The translations under genes and the position numbers were made by a program. Positions 40,483 through 52,472 of a stretch of DNA of 64,000 bases are shown piece by piece; positions within the stretch are counted from its first letter, which is position 1; each line of letters begins with the position of its first letter. The stretch is from contig NC_079238.1 of the NCBI RefSeq assembly GCF_027921745.1, positions 496,001 to 560,000 of the forward strand, written 5' to 3'. The DNA is from Schizosaccharomyces osmophilus. Taxonomy: Eukaryota. The notes below the pieces were generated by a model that was given only the letters and a program-made list of their open reading frames with translations, made no database searches and was not told the DNA's origin.

Positions 40483-41522
40483 ATGGCTGCTCGAGAGGAA
40501 AAGAATCAAGAAGCAACTGTATACTTGGGAAATTTAGATGAGCGCGTGACCGATTCAATTCTATTTGAGCTGTGTTTGCAAGCTGGTCCTGTTGGTACGT
40601 GAAATGAATTGATTTATAAACTTCATAATTTGTTTACTAACCGTCAGGGAATATTCATATCCCAAGAGATCGCGTCCGAAACAGCCATAATGGGTTTGGT
40701 TTCTGTGAGTTCGTAAACGAACAAGATGCTGAATATGCGTGCCAAATTTTCAATCAAATCAAGATATATGGAAAGCCACTGCGGGTGAATAAATCGAGTC
40801 AAGATAGAAATACAGGAAGCTTGGTAGGTGCCAACCTCTTTATTGGTAATTTGGATCCTCTGGTCGATGAGCGCGTTTTATATGATACCTTTTCTGCTTT
40901 GGGTCAATTAATCAAAACACCACAAGTTGTTCGTGATGATAGTGGTCGCTCAAAAGGTTTTGGATTTGTGAACTTTGATAGTTTTGAGACCGCGGATGCC
41001 GCCATTGAAGCAATGAACAACCAATTTTTAATGAACAAACCCATCACCGTTTCTTATGCATATAAACGAGAAGGAAAAGGTGAACGACATGGTGACCTGG
41101 CTGAAAGAAAGTTGGCTGCTGCCGCCAAGAAAAACAAAGTTGCAATTACTCCACAATCTACACTTCCCCCTGGGTTCACTCCTGCTGATCCTTCTTCCAC
41201 TGCTGCTTCCTCTGGTTCAGCTACTCCCAACGTCGCACCCACTGCCATTCCTCCTATTCCCGTTATGGGAGCTAATGCAACTGCACCTAGCGTTCCCCTT
41301 CCTGGCGCAATGCCATTCGCAAGTCCACAGGTATTCCCCCCAATGCCAAACATGGCGCCCATGATGAACATGCCCTTTAACCCTATCGGTTCTGCTATGA
41401 TACCTCCTCCTCCTCCTCCTGGAATGATGATGAATGCCCCACCATCTACCGTTTCTGTTCCTGGTATGCCACCGATGCCTGCTTATCAAGTACCATCCCA
41501 ATCAAATCAACAAAATCGGTGA
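40483..41522 (+). CDS. sap49: U2 snRNP SF3b4 (two RRMs + Pro-rich tail); join(40483..40594,40648..41522)
   Basis: Exon 1 [22 protein letters not shown]. 53-nt intron GTACGT..CTAAC..CAG. RNP motifs GFGFCEF and KGFGFVNF. Confidence 0.95.
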
Positions 41523-41898
41523 TTGTGCTGTACTGGTTCACGGAAACGTTTAAAAGAGCCCTTGTATGTATACTAGAAATCTTCGTTGACTATCGTACCG
41601 ATATGATTTTGATAACAAAATATTTAATAGATTTGCAATTAGAGCTACCTACCCAAAAATTAGACGATCAATCCATTCATCTCGTAACGCATTTTGAATT
41701 GCTTTCCAAGTATTCTATATAGTAATACAATCACGAATTATTACTATACCACATAATACCTGCCTCGTTATGCGACTCGATGTTTTCGTCTGTATGTGCT
41801 TCAAGCCTCTCTCTCTACACCAACCAACACCACCCACAAAGAATTGAAGGGATTATTCCATTCTACTTAGGCTTTATCCCTTCTCTAAGTACTTGAAA

Positions 41899-42658
41899 AT
41901 GATTTTTCCTCTTTCCATTTTCTTTTGCAGCTTTCTTTGGATCGCCAAGTTGACATATGCAGACGTTTCGGATCCAGATATTGTCGGCTCTTGGAGTTCC
42001 AAATCACAAACAGTAATGACTGGTCCTGTATGTATTGATTTTATCATCATATTTCGTACGAGAATGCTAACACTTGAAATTCTAGGACTTCTTCGATCCA
42101 ATGAACGAGGACTTTTTCGAACCTGACCTTCCTGGTATTAGTTACAGCTTTACGGATGATGGTCACTTTGAAGAAGCATTATACATTATCAAACCAAATG
42201 CTACTTTTCCTCACTGCCCAAAGGCATTTTTGCAATGGCAGCATGGTTCTTACACCATTAATGACTCAAAGTCTATAATCCTTTCACCCATTAGAGGTGA
42301 CGGACGTCAGCTTCAAAGTGACCCTTGCAACTTTAAAAATTATTCATCTTACACTCGTTACACCCAAGATGAAGTCATGAAGGAATACTCTGTAAGCATC
42401 GATAAGTATCACGGTCGCTATAAGCTTGAACTTTTTGAATGGGATGGTACACCCAAGCAACCTATGTATCTTGTGTATCGTCCCCCCAAGATGCTTCCCT
42501 TTTCGTTTTCCGGTGTTACCGATACTAGCCAACTCCAGCAAAAGCGTTGGCTATCAAGGTTAGCCGCAACCCTTGCCGAGAAGCATACTACCACAATCTG
42601 GTGGTTAGGTTTAACTTTTATTGCTATTGGTAGTATTGGCTATATAATCGTATCCTAA
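41899..42658 (+). CDS. rot1: ER chaperone Rot1; join(41899..42027,42086..42658)
   Basis: Signal peptide, GSWSSKSQTVMTGP|DFFDP, PGISYSFTDDG, WQHG, C-terminal TM helix. Intron GTATGT..CTAAC..TAG. Confidence 0.93.
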
Positions 42659-43253
42659 TGAAGCCAATCTTATTCATTCTTTGGTAATTCCGTTATAAAA
42701 ATATCTTTCTTCTTTTAACGTATATAACAACACTCATTTATCGAATTTTTTTTCGAATATGCTCTTCGAGGTTATTTGCACAGAAAACGTGCGTTTTTGA
42801 GGAGTAGCGCAAAGCCGGAATGTTTTATTCATTCATTCTTTTTATTTTTTACTTTACTTATCTATGGTCTTGGGTTAACATATAAGAGCTCCCCCCATGT
42901 TATAGCCATGCATTGTGCATTACTCCTTTTGAGTCTTTCGTTCCTTTCTTTCTTTTACTTTTTTTTTTTTCTTCTCTTTATGTGCAACCTAACCTTTTTG
43001 CGTTCCTTCTATTCACTCTTGATTTTCCTATGCCTTGACAGGAAGAAGACAGTGTCGAATATTGTTGCTTTATAAAGATCATTCCTATAGTAACAAATTT
43101 TTTTTGCGAAAAGCATTACAATTTATGTGTACAAAGTAATAACAATGTAGTAAGCATAAACTAAGATTTCCTACAAAGCTGAGAATTGAGAACACTAATA
43201 TTTTATTACTTCCATGAAGGAAATGTATTTTCGTAACGAGGTTTTTTGACCGC

Positions 43254-43281
43254 AACCCTACCCTAATACAAAACAGTCACA
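43254..43281 (+). promoter_or_regulatory. HomolE + HomolD ribosomal-protein gene promoter
   Basis: AACCCTACCCT at 43254-43264 and CAGTCACA at 43274-43281, ~60 bp before the rps11 ATG. Confidence 0.9.
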
Positions 43282-43339
43282 TGTAAAAGTTTTGGTGTTA
43301 ATTCTCTTCAACGGTGAATTTTATCTTCAGCAACACAGG

Positions 43340-43798
43340 ATGGCCACTGAACTTGTCGTGCAAAGCGAGCGTGCTTATCAAAAGCAGCCTCACATTTTCC
43401 AAAATGCCAAGAAGGGTGCCGGTCGCCGTTGGTACAAGGATGTCGGTTTGGGTTTCAAGACCCCTACTGAGGCTATCTATGGTCAATACATTGACAAGAA
43501 GTGCCCCTTCGTTGGTGAAGTTTCCATCCGTGGCCGTATCTTGACTGGTACCGTCGTTTCCACCAAGATGCACCGTACCATCATCATTCGTCGTGAATAC
43601 TTGCACTTCATCCCCAAGTACAACCGTTACGAGAAGCGTCACAAGAACGTTGCTGCCCACGTCTCTCCTGCCTTCCGTATCAACGAGGGTGATGTCGTTA
43701 CTGTTGGTCAATGCCGTCCCTTGAGTAAGACCGTTCGCTTCAACGTCCTCCGTGTTGTCAAACACACTGAAGGATCCAAGCAATTCGGCAAGTTTTAA
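43340..43798 (+). CDS. rps1101: 40S ribosomal protein S11 (uS17), 152 aa
   Basis: [33 protein letters not shown] at 43340. Confidence 0.97.
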   Translation: MATELVVQSERAYQKQPHIFQNAKKGAGRRWYKDVGLGFKTPTEAIYGQYIDKKCPFVGEVSIRGRILTGTVVSTKMHRTIIIRREYLHFIPKYNRYEKRHKNVAAHVSPAFRINEGDVVTVGQCRPLSKTVRFNVLRVVKHTEGSKQFGKF

Positions 43799-44207
43799 GA
43801 TATATCTTTTTTAATATAAGGTCAATTTAAGGAAGGCACATCCCGTCTGCTTGTAATATCTTGTATACTTAGTCTGTAGGTTTTCTATAATGGCAAGGGC
43901 CACAAAAGTATTTTTCCTAGTTACTATGTAAAAGTTGTTTAGTAAAACAACTTTTTGTATGCAATAAAATCGATGATATGCCTTGCAAGTTTCAAGCTTC
44001 TTTTAGAGTCATAACTACTGACCTTTTTAATTTGCTCAATTGTATTTAATAACGCCTTCAAGCAATATACATTATAAGCAATTTTTAGAAAAGAGCACTT
44101 GACTACCATAATGAGTTTCATAATAACACGCTGCCATTTCTTATATCAAAGTTGATCAGAGATCAAATATTTACCGTCAGTTGACTCCTGTCTTTTTCAA
44201 TTATTGA

Positions 44208-45308
<1,101 letters not shown>

Positions 45309-45642
45309 GTTCATGTTAGTTTGGAACTTTTGACATTGGACCTCCTTCTTTCATTCAAGTTTAATTCAAACCACTATTTTTTGGTCAATGAAATAATCGT
45401 TTAATTTTTTGGTAATTATTCTTCCTCAAAGTAAGACTTTTAGCTATTTTACATTTCATAATCACCTGTTTCCACTTGCTGTCTCATTTTGATTAAAAAC
45501 AAAAAAACAAAAACATTTTCTGCAAAATTATAAGTATCGTATGCCAAGACACAATTTTATTTTAAAACATTTCAAAGAACCTGAAATAGGCAATCAAATC
45601 ACTCAACAACACATAACGTAAATCAAATCGTGAGTAACCCGA

Positions 45643-46426
45643 CTATTTTTTCGCCCAAGGCTTGATTTCTTGAGCCTTCAAAACAGAGTTGCGAAGCTCA
45701 GAAATCACTTGAGTAGGGTTCTCTGCTTTGAATACAGCAGTACCGGCAACAATGACATTTGCACCTGCATCTGAGGCAGCGTCCACAGTTTTAGGAGAAA
45801 GTCCACCATCTACTTCGATGTCTAAATTAGGGTGACGCGTACGCAAATACTTCACCTTGGGCAAACATTCACTACGGAAGCTTTGACCACCCTTACCAGG
45901 CTCCACAGTCATAATCAAAGCCATGTCAAGATGCTGCACCAAAGGATCAAGTACTTCAACGGGGGTGTCGGGCTTTACGGCACAACTTACGAGCATACCT
46001 CTTTCGTGGGCCCGGTTAATAATTTCCATATGCTTTTCAGTAGCTTCATAGTGAAAGCAAAACATGTTGGCACCAGCATCCGCGAATTCATCTACCCATT
46101 TTTCGGGGTTCATAACCATAAGATGGCAATCAAAGAAAGCCTTCTCCTGGGTGAAATGGCTACGCATTGCTTTGACGACGATGGGTCCAATCGTGAGAGA
46201 AGGAACAAACTGAGAGTCCATGATATCAACGTGAAGCCAGTCGCTACCGTAATGCAACATGCGACCGACTTCATGTTCAAGGTTGGCAAAGTCACCTAAT
46301 CATTGTTAGCAAGACCTTCTCATCTGACTATGCGGCAGGTAGGAAAAAACGACGGATTCGACAGGATATTATGTTTCTAATAAACTTACCGGACAACAAG
46401 GAAGGTGCAATTTTTGCTTCTGTCAT
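45643..46426 (-). CDS. rpe1: Ribulose-phosphate 3-epimerase, 229 aa; complement(join(45643..46295,46390..46426))
   Basis: Exon 1 MTEAKIAPSLLS. Intron GTAAGT..CTAAC..TAG. HVDIMD, DCHLMV, MTVEPG, EVDGG. Confidence 0.95.
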
Positions 46427-47088
46427 TTTGTCGTATCAAAATTGATATATTGGGACTTGGTGGATTTGGGATGAGTTGGGTATTTCGTAATACGAATCCA
46501 TATATAAGAGAATCAAAGCGATGCGCAAAGATCCATCAAAGATTATGTACCTTTAATTTAGTTAATAAAAAAGAACATAAAGAAGGTAATCCTTCATCAT
46601 AAATGGATGTTAATAACATCGCTGCGTTTCTGTTCAAACGTCAAATCTATCCTCCATGGTTGCACCCGGAAAAGGACTTGCGTAGAAAAATAAGCACTAA
46701 ACGAAAAGGAAAAAGAGTGTCTTAAAGGCGATACAAGTGAAATGAGTAGAATTGGCCGAAACCAGAATAAGTTCAAGTACCAGGAGTATCAACTAAAGAA
46801 TGAAACAAGAGAGTTAACTGGAAAGAACGGCTTTACCATAAGCTATCAGTAGTCATCAGGACATCTTTACCTGAGACTCTAGTCAATTCGAGTTTTCCAA
46901 AGTTCAAAGATGAGTTAGAAGCGATCATACCAATCCATATAGTAAATTTGTAAATTAGTACATAGAAACCCGTTCGTGCGTCAAAAATTGCTTTGATTAT
47001 TTTTATAAGAAATTTTCTAGATTTTCACGATGCCTTTGCATAGGAAGGAACTATGCCTTCCTTTTACGCCATAGTTTTGTGATTCAAA

Positions 47089-47880
47089 ATGAAGGGTCAG
47101 AAATCTTCGTTTTCTGTAGATCCTTTGGTGCATATGGTATGCTCTCCATTACGACAGGACTTGTCGACACATCATTTACTTCCCAGAGGTAAGCAAAGCA
47201 GTCTTTGAAGACACTTTTATAGCCTTCTTCTCAGTTCACTTTCCTTGTAACTTTTCATGGGCTAACCATCTCATTTAGAATTAATGGGAAAATTTCCTGC
47301 CATGCGCAATCGTGTAAATCTTCGACTGCTTCCTCTTGCTGATGAACAGCATCCTCTTTTCAGTCGTCATGTGTCGATCTACTGCAAGCTTTCAAAATCA
47401 CATTTACAACCTTCTTCCAAAAAGATTTTTAAAAGATGGAATATGGAATTAAAACAGGCCGGAAATCCTTCGACCTTGCACTTTCTTCAATCCCAGCTGG
47501 AGTCTTCTCTCAGCCGTCTCATACCATCGCAAGAAGAACAGGAGAGCCAAGGATGGATTCATCAACCAGACTTTGATGGTTGTCATTTACATGTCCTAAA
47601 CACAAAGAGTGTTCCTACTGGACTTTGGATTCAATGGAAGTTTGACGATTTAACCTCTGAGCAAGAGCATACGAAAAAGCAACTGCAAAGCCAATATCCT
47701 CAAAAACCGTACTTACCAATCTACAAGACAATTTTACTAAACACTTATGAAAAAAAATTGGCACGTTTCTTTCCAGAACATACAACTTATACATTTCTTC
47801 CTATTTGTCCATCGACTACAAAACTCGGCATAATATTATGGAGATTATTGTTTTTACATGAAGAATGGAAATTTACTTGA
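47089..47880 (+). CDS. rrg8: Rrg8-like mitochondrial protein; join(47089..47188,47279..47880)
   Basis: Exon 1 MKGQKSSFSVDPLVHMVCSPLRQDLSTHHLLPR splices in frame (GTAAGC..CTAAC..TAG) to the 47284 ORF. Name assigned mainly by recalled synteny. Confidence 0.7.
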
Positions 47881-47918
47881 ACGTTCTATGCGTCCATGCC
47901 TGTAGCAGCGTTCCAAGC

Positions 47919-48010
47919 TTCTTTGTTCCCGATTTCTTTGTTTTGTGAAACAAAGAAATAACACGAAATAAGAGTTGATGTCACAAGGTTTTATTTTATT
48001 TTCTTTGTTA
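47919..48010. promoter_or_regulatory. Four Ste11 TR-boxes upstream of dni1
   Basis: TTCTTTGTTC at 47919, TTTCTTTGTTT at 47933, reverse copy AAACAAAGAAA at 47948, TTTCTTTGTT at 48000. Confidence 0.8.
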
Positions 48011-48255
48011 CATTGCTGCTTTATTTTTTTCTTTCTTTCTGATGGATGCCTTATGTACGGAAACCTCTTCCTTTTTGTGCACCATTGAGTATTGCAATTG
48101 AAGTGTTTGGTGTAGATTAAACGCACAAACCTTGTGATTCAATAGGTTCTTTCTTTTCTTTTCGCTTATTCTATATCTGTTCTTGACCGTTGACTCAGAC
48201 AGCGTATTTCACTTTTTTATCTATTTACAGCAGGTTGCAGTTTTCCCCCATCATC

Positions 48256-48960
48256 ATGTTCTTCATCAAGTACATCCTTCAAGCCGCTTGTGGCTTTTGT
48301 CTTTTGGGCGCCTGGATAATATTGGCTTTGGTCATGACCGGCTGCAAGTCCGAGACGAGCTCCCATCTATCCTTGTTCAATTTGTCAAGTCGTTCTGCCC
48401 AAGTTAATGTTGGATTCTTTTCCATGTGTTTGGTCGGCGGAAATAATTCTGTCAGTTGTGACAAATTTACAAATGTCAGAAGCATCCCTTCTTTCTCAAT
48501 GGCTGATTTGCGATCCAAGTTTCTTCTCCCGCAAGTCCATCCATGGATGGTTGTGTTTTCGTTTTCTGTTTGTGGTGTCTGCTTTCTTTTGGCAGCTATC
48601 GCTGCGATCCCTTTTATGGACCGACTCCCTTATTTGCGACTTATTCGACTTTATTTGTCGGTGTTTACTTTTCTAAGTATTCTGGTCACGTCTCTATTTG
48701 TGCATGTATCTGTCACTTCCTTTGTCATGGCGATTGAAGATGCCGATGTTTACCTTCATGCTGCCGTAGGAAAGAAACTTGTCATTTTGATGTGGGTATC
48801 CATGGGTCTTCTTGCTCTGGCAACTCTTATTGATACCATTTTCTACGTTATATCAACGAAAACAGAGAATATCCGCCAAGCCCTATTTGAGAAAACGTTC
48901 AATTTATCACGGTCAAGTACGGCTGTATCTTCTAATACTTCGTCTAGCATTAAAAAGTAA
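48256..48960 (+). CDS. dni1: Fig1/claudin-like tetraspan cell-fusion protein, 234 aa
   Basis: Four hydrophobic segments, GFFSMC-x8-C claudin-like motif, TR-boxes upstream, ATG at 48256. Confidence 0.85.
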   Translation: MFFIKYILQAACGFCLLGAWIILALVMTGCKSETSSHLSLFNLSSRSAQVNVGFFSMCLVGGNNSVSCDKFTNVRSIPSFSMADLRSKFLLPQVHPWMVVFSFSVCGVCFLLAAIAAIPFMDRLPYLRLIRLYLSVFTFLSILVTSLFVHVSVTSFVMAIEDADVYLHAAVGKKLVILMWVSMGLLALATLIDTIFYVISTKTENIRQALFEKTFNLSRSSTAVSSNTSSSIKK

Positions 48961-49573
48961 GCGGCTTCATACCATTATTTTACGGCACTCTTTCTCTCTT
49001 TTCTTTCTTTTTGCTTCCTTCAATCTTTGGAATCTTGGATCTAATGTCTGGCCTTTTGTTTATTAAATTATCTCACGATAATATGTGTTTTGTGTCTTTT
49101 TACAGCTTTTACCATGCGATGACTTTTCAGCAGTTAATAGTTCGTTTTCTTATAGAGGATATACGTTTCATTTCTTTTAATTTTATGCATTCTTTTCATT
49201 TCTATTTCGTTTATATTTACTTTTATGCGATTTGTATATATTGATTTACTAAATGGCTTCAAAGTAAACAAGAGATGCTTAAACCACATATATACCTCAT
49301 CTTTTTGCTCTTATACTACACATAACATTGAGTTTATTGTAACTTGCATAATTTCTTATTTATTTTATTGTAGTCATCTAATTTTTACTATACCTTAAAT
49401 CAATTGTCATTAAAAATCATTTTCAATAGTGATACGGAAAGAGGTTTCCCAAAGGTTCCTTTCTTTCCCATCTTAAACCGTCTCGGTGCACGAATTCCTC
49501 ATTTGCGGTTTCTTCCATATCCATCGTTGTTTATAATTAGAAAGCCACTTGTTCGTTTACTAGAAAACAAAGT

Positions 49574-50326
49574 ATGAAGTCGATATTGTTGCTAAAGACT
49601 GAGTCCAAACCGGTCGATCCGTATATTGATGCATTTCGACAGTACCAACGAAATGCATTTTTTTTGGCAGTTTTACAGCATCAACCCATAAACGAAAACA
49701 TTTTACAAATCAAGCTTTCTCAGTTGTTGTCCAATTATTGCGGATTGATTGTGACCAGTCAGCGAGTTAGTGAAACCCTTAGTGCTGCGTTGAAACAGTT
49801 GGATAAATCCACTCAAAAAACCATTTTGAACTCGATTCCGGTCTTTACGGTGGGTCCGGCAACAGATGACAGTATTCGAAGACTAGGATTCCAACAAACG
49901 TTTGGCAGGGATTGCGGGCGCGGTGAAACCTTGGCTGATCTCATCCAAGGTTGGTACCAAAAGACTCGTCCATCAAAGCCTTTGCTCTTTTTATTAGGTG
50001 AAAAGCATCGCGATATTATTCCTAAAAAATTAGGGCGAGACCGCATTGAAGAGTTGGTAGTTTATGTAACTCAAGAGTTCGAGCAAAGTCAAAGCCAGGT
50101 TTCAGCTATCATTAAAAAACACCCAGAAATCGACTGGATCGTTGTCTTTAGCCCTACACAACTTTGCTCAAAATTAGCTTCTTTTTCAAGGAAATTAGCA
50201 ACCATAGGCCCTACTACAGGAAATCATCTTCAAAAGCTTGGCATCGAGCCAAACCTTGTTTCTTCGGCTCCTAATCCAGTCAGTTTAGCGTCAGGAATAT
50301 ATGAATATGATCAAAAACATGAATGA
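49574..50326 (+). CDS. ups1: Uroporphyrinogen-III synthase (Hem4), 250 aa
   Basis: LLKT..DPY, LIVTSQR, VGPAT, VFSP, IGPTT. Confidence 0.92.
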   Translation: MKSILLLKTESKPVDPYIDAFRQYQRNAFFLAVLQHQPINENILQIKLSQLLSNYCGLIVTSQRVSETLSAALKQLDKSTQKTILNSIPVFTVGPATDDSIRRLGFQQTFGRDCGRGETLADLIQGWYQKTRPSKPLLFLLGEKHRDIIPKKLGRDRIEELVVYVTQEFEQSQSQVSAIIKKHPEIDWIVVFSPTQLCSKLASFSRKLATIGPTTGNHLQKLGIEPNLVSSAPNPVSLASGIYEYDQKHE

Positions 50327-50343
50327 ATGAAATCATTGTTTTC

Positions 50344-51462
50344 TTAACGGAAATTGACTTCACGGTAAATTAGAGCCTTCAAAACGGGGATTTCCAATTC
50401 CTCCTTTTTACAATAGAGATCCACAAGGTTTGGCGGCATAGGAGGTGCGGTGGGTTCATCATCTGGATCATGATAAGCAGCGACATAAGGATGCTCTAGG
50501 GCCTCTTCAGCGGTAATGCGCTTATCGGGATTAAAAGTGAGCATACGCTCGACTAAGTCAATAGCTTCTGGAGAAGCATGGGGGAACATGTTTTTGAACG
50601 GCACTTTCGAGGTGAAGGGCAGACTTCGAATGTATTTACGAGCACGTGCAGAGCGAATTCTGTTAAAATCATCCATCGTCGGTGTTCCCAGAACGTTCAA
50701 GATTAAGGTAATTTGACTATGGTAGTCTTTTCCGGGGAAAAGAGGACGAGCGCCTAGCATTTCGGCTAAAATGCAGCCGGTGCTCCAAATATCAATGGCC
50801 TTGCTGTAGTCGCAGAAACTAAGCATGATCTCCGGAGCACGGTACCAACGAGTAGCCACATACTCTGTCATGAAGCCAGGACTTCCATCTTGCACTGTGG
50901 TGGTGGAACGGGCGAGGCCAAAATCTGCAACCTTTAGATCACAATTAGCATTTAAAAGAAGATTTGATGGCTTCAAATCACGATGCACGACGCCGGCGCT
51001 GTGCATGGCCTTCAAAGCACGAAGGATTTGGTATGTGAAATATTGGCAATGATCATCACTTAGGGGTTGGGAGCGAATAACACGGTACAAGTCAGTTTCC
51101 ATAAGCTCTTGCACAATGTACACGTCTTCCAGCTCTTGATAGCTTGGAGGTGGGAGTATATCCAAGATAGCAATAATGTTTTCGTGATGGAAATGGCGCA
51201 ACAAGCGAATTTCGCGTAGTGTACGTAAAGTAAAGACAGGATGGTTAAAAGGGTGAATCTTTTTCACTGCAACCTTGATGCCGGTCGGCTTATGGACAGC
51301 GGAACAGACGACACCATAAGCACCTTGTCCAATAAGGCTTGTCATTTGATAATCTCTGGGCAACTCAAAGTTGAGATTATTAATATGCGGGCTTCGACGA
51401 GCATTGTTTGTCGAGCGATGGGTTTTCTCAAGGATAGCATTAGCGGAAGTAGCACTGGCCAT
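50344..51462 (-). CDS. spk1: Pheromone-pathway MAP kinase, 372 aa
   Basis: GQGAYG, HRDLKPSN, DFG, TEY activation motif. Confidence 0.96.
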   Translation of the reverse strand: MASATSANAILEKTHRSTNNARRSPHINNLNFELPRDYQMTSLIGQGAYGVVCSAVHKPTGIKVAVKKIHPFNHPVFTLRTLREIRLLRHFHHENIIAILDILPPPSYQELEDVYIVQELMETDLYRVIRSQPLSDDHCQYFTYQILRALKAMHSAGVVHRDLKPSNLLLNANCDLKVADFGLARSTTTVQDGSPGFMTEYVATRWYRAPEIMLSFCDYSKAIDIWSTGCILAEMLGARPLFPGKDYHSQITLILNVLGTPTMDDFNRIRSARARKYIRSLPFTSKVPFKNMFPHASPEAIDLVERMLTFNPDKRITAEEALEHPYVAAYHDPDDEPTAPPMPPNLVDLYCKKEELEIPVLKALIYREVNFR

Positions 51463-51976
51463 GGTTTCAATTATGGATCGTAAGCGAAAAGAATAAATAT
51501 ATTAAGAGAGACAATCGTTAGAGTGAAAGTTCTTTATTTCAGAACTCCGTTGTGGCGATATAAATCAAAATAGCAAGAATTTCAAAATTCTTCAAAAGCA
51601 AAAAAATTACAAAAAAGAGCCGAGTTGCTTTAATGAAAGTAATACTTAAAAGAAAAAAACAGCGATTCAGCGAGTTTTAACACAAAATTTCTTTCATAAA
51701 TTGTAGATTCTCCTCTTCGAGGATAAACAAAGCAGAAATCACGGTCGACGCGTTTCAAAGCAAACAAAATGTGGAATAGCTAGTCCTTCTTTGTCAATGA
51801 CTTCAAACAAGGAAGAATGCGCACGTTCAACAAATAACAAAAAGCGACAAAAATCCAAAGACAGTAGATACCTTGTGACGATGTCTTTCTACGAAAGAAT
51901 ACTTTCTTCTCTGGTAAGCGAGGATGGTTCTACTCAAGTTTCAAACTGCTTGGGATCACATTTATAGCGCTCTCAG

Positions 51977-51999
51977 AACAAAGAAACTTTTTCTTTGTT
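51977..51999. promoter_or_regulatory. Inverted pair of Ste11 TR-boxes upstream of spk1
   Basis: AACAAAGAAA-ctt-TTTCTTTGTT. Confidence 0.75.
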
Positions 52000-52472
52000 T
52001 ATTTAAAGCGACTTGCCTTTGCTCCCTTCGTTAGATAAAGACGGTGTGACCTGGTGTTGAAGGATCAAGTAACACCCATATAGGAGGAAGAGCGACGCGC
52101 TTTTGCTATTCTTGTTTACCCTAGAGGAAACGTATCTTTCCCCAACTACTAAAACGATTTGCATTGTGTGGAAAGCACAAGGAAATGCGATTTAAAGAAA
52201 TTTATCTTCTATTTATATGATCTTAAGTAAGTCACAGTATAGAAGTCCCGCGAAAAAAGCGTCTAGAAGTCAAGAACTATCGAAAGTCCTGATTTACGTC
52301 GCGTCTACGAGACAAATGAATGTAGCACAGTGATTTTTGCAAAACATGTGGTGTTAATTTGGAAAATAATATATATATATAGTTATTTATTGCGTGATTT
52401 TGGATTCATTGCTTTGTTTACTTGACATGACATGGCTAACGTTTTAGTTAGATCTCCATTTTCTTCATTGTT

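Noticed and set aside
52227..52447. Possible upstream coding exon of eta2 (GTAAGT..CTAAC..TAG)
   Set aside because: Splicing from ATG 52217 is out of frame with the main ORF at both nearby acceptors; at most a 5' UTR intron.
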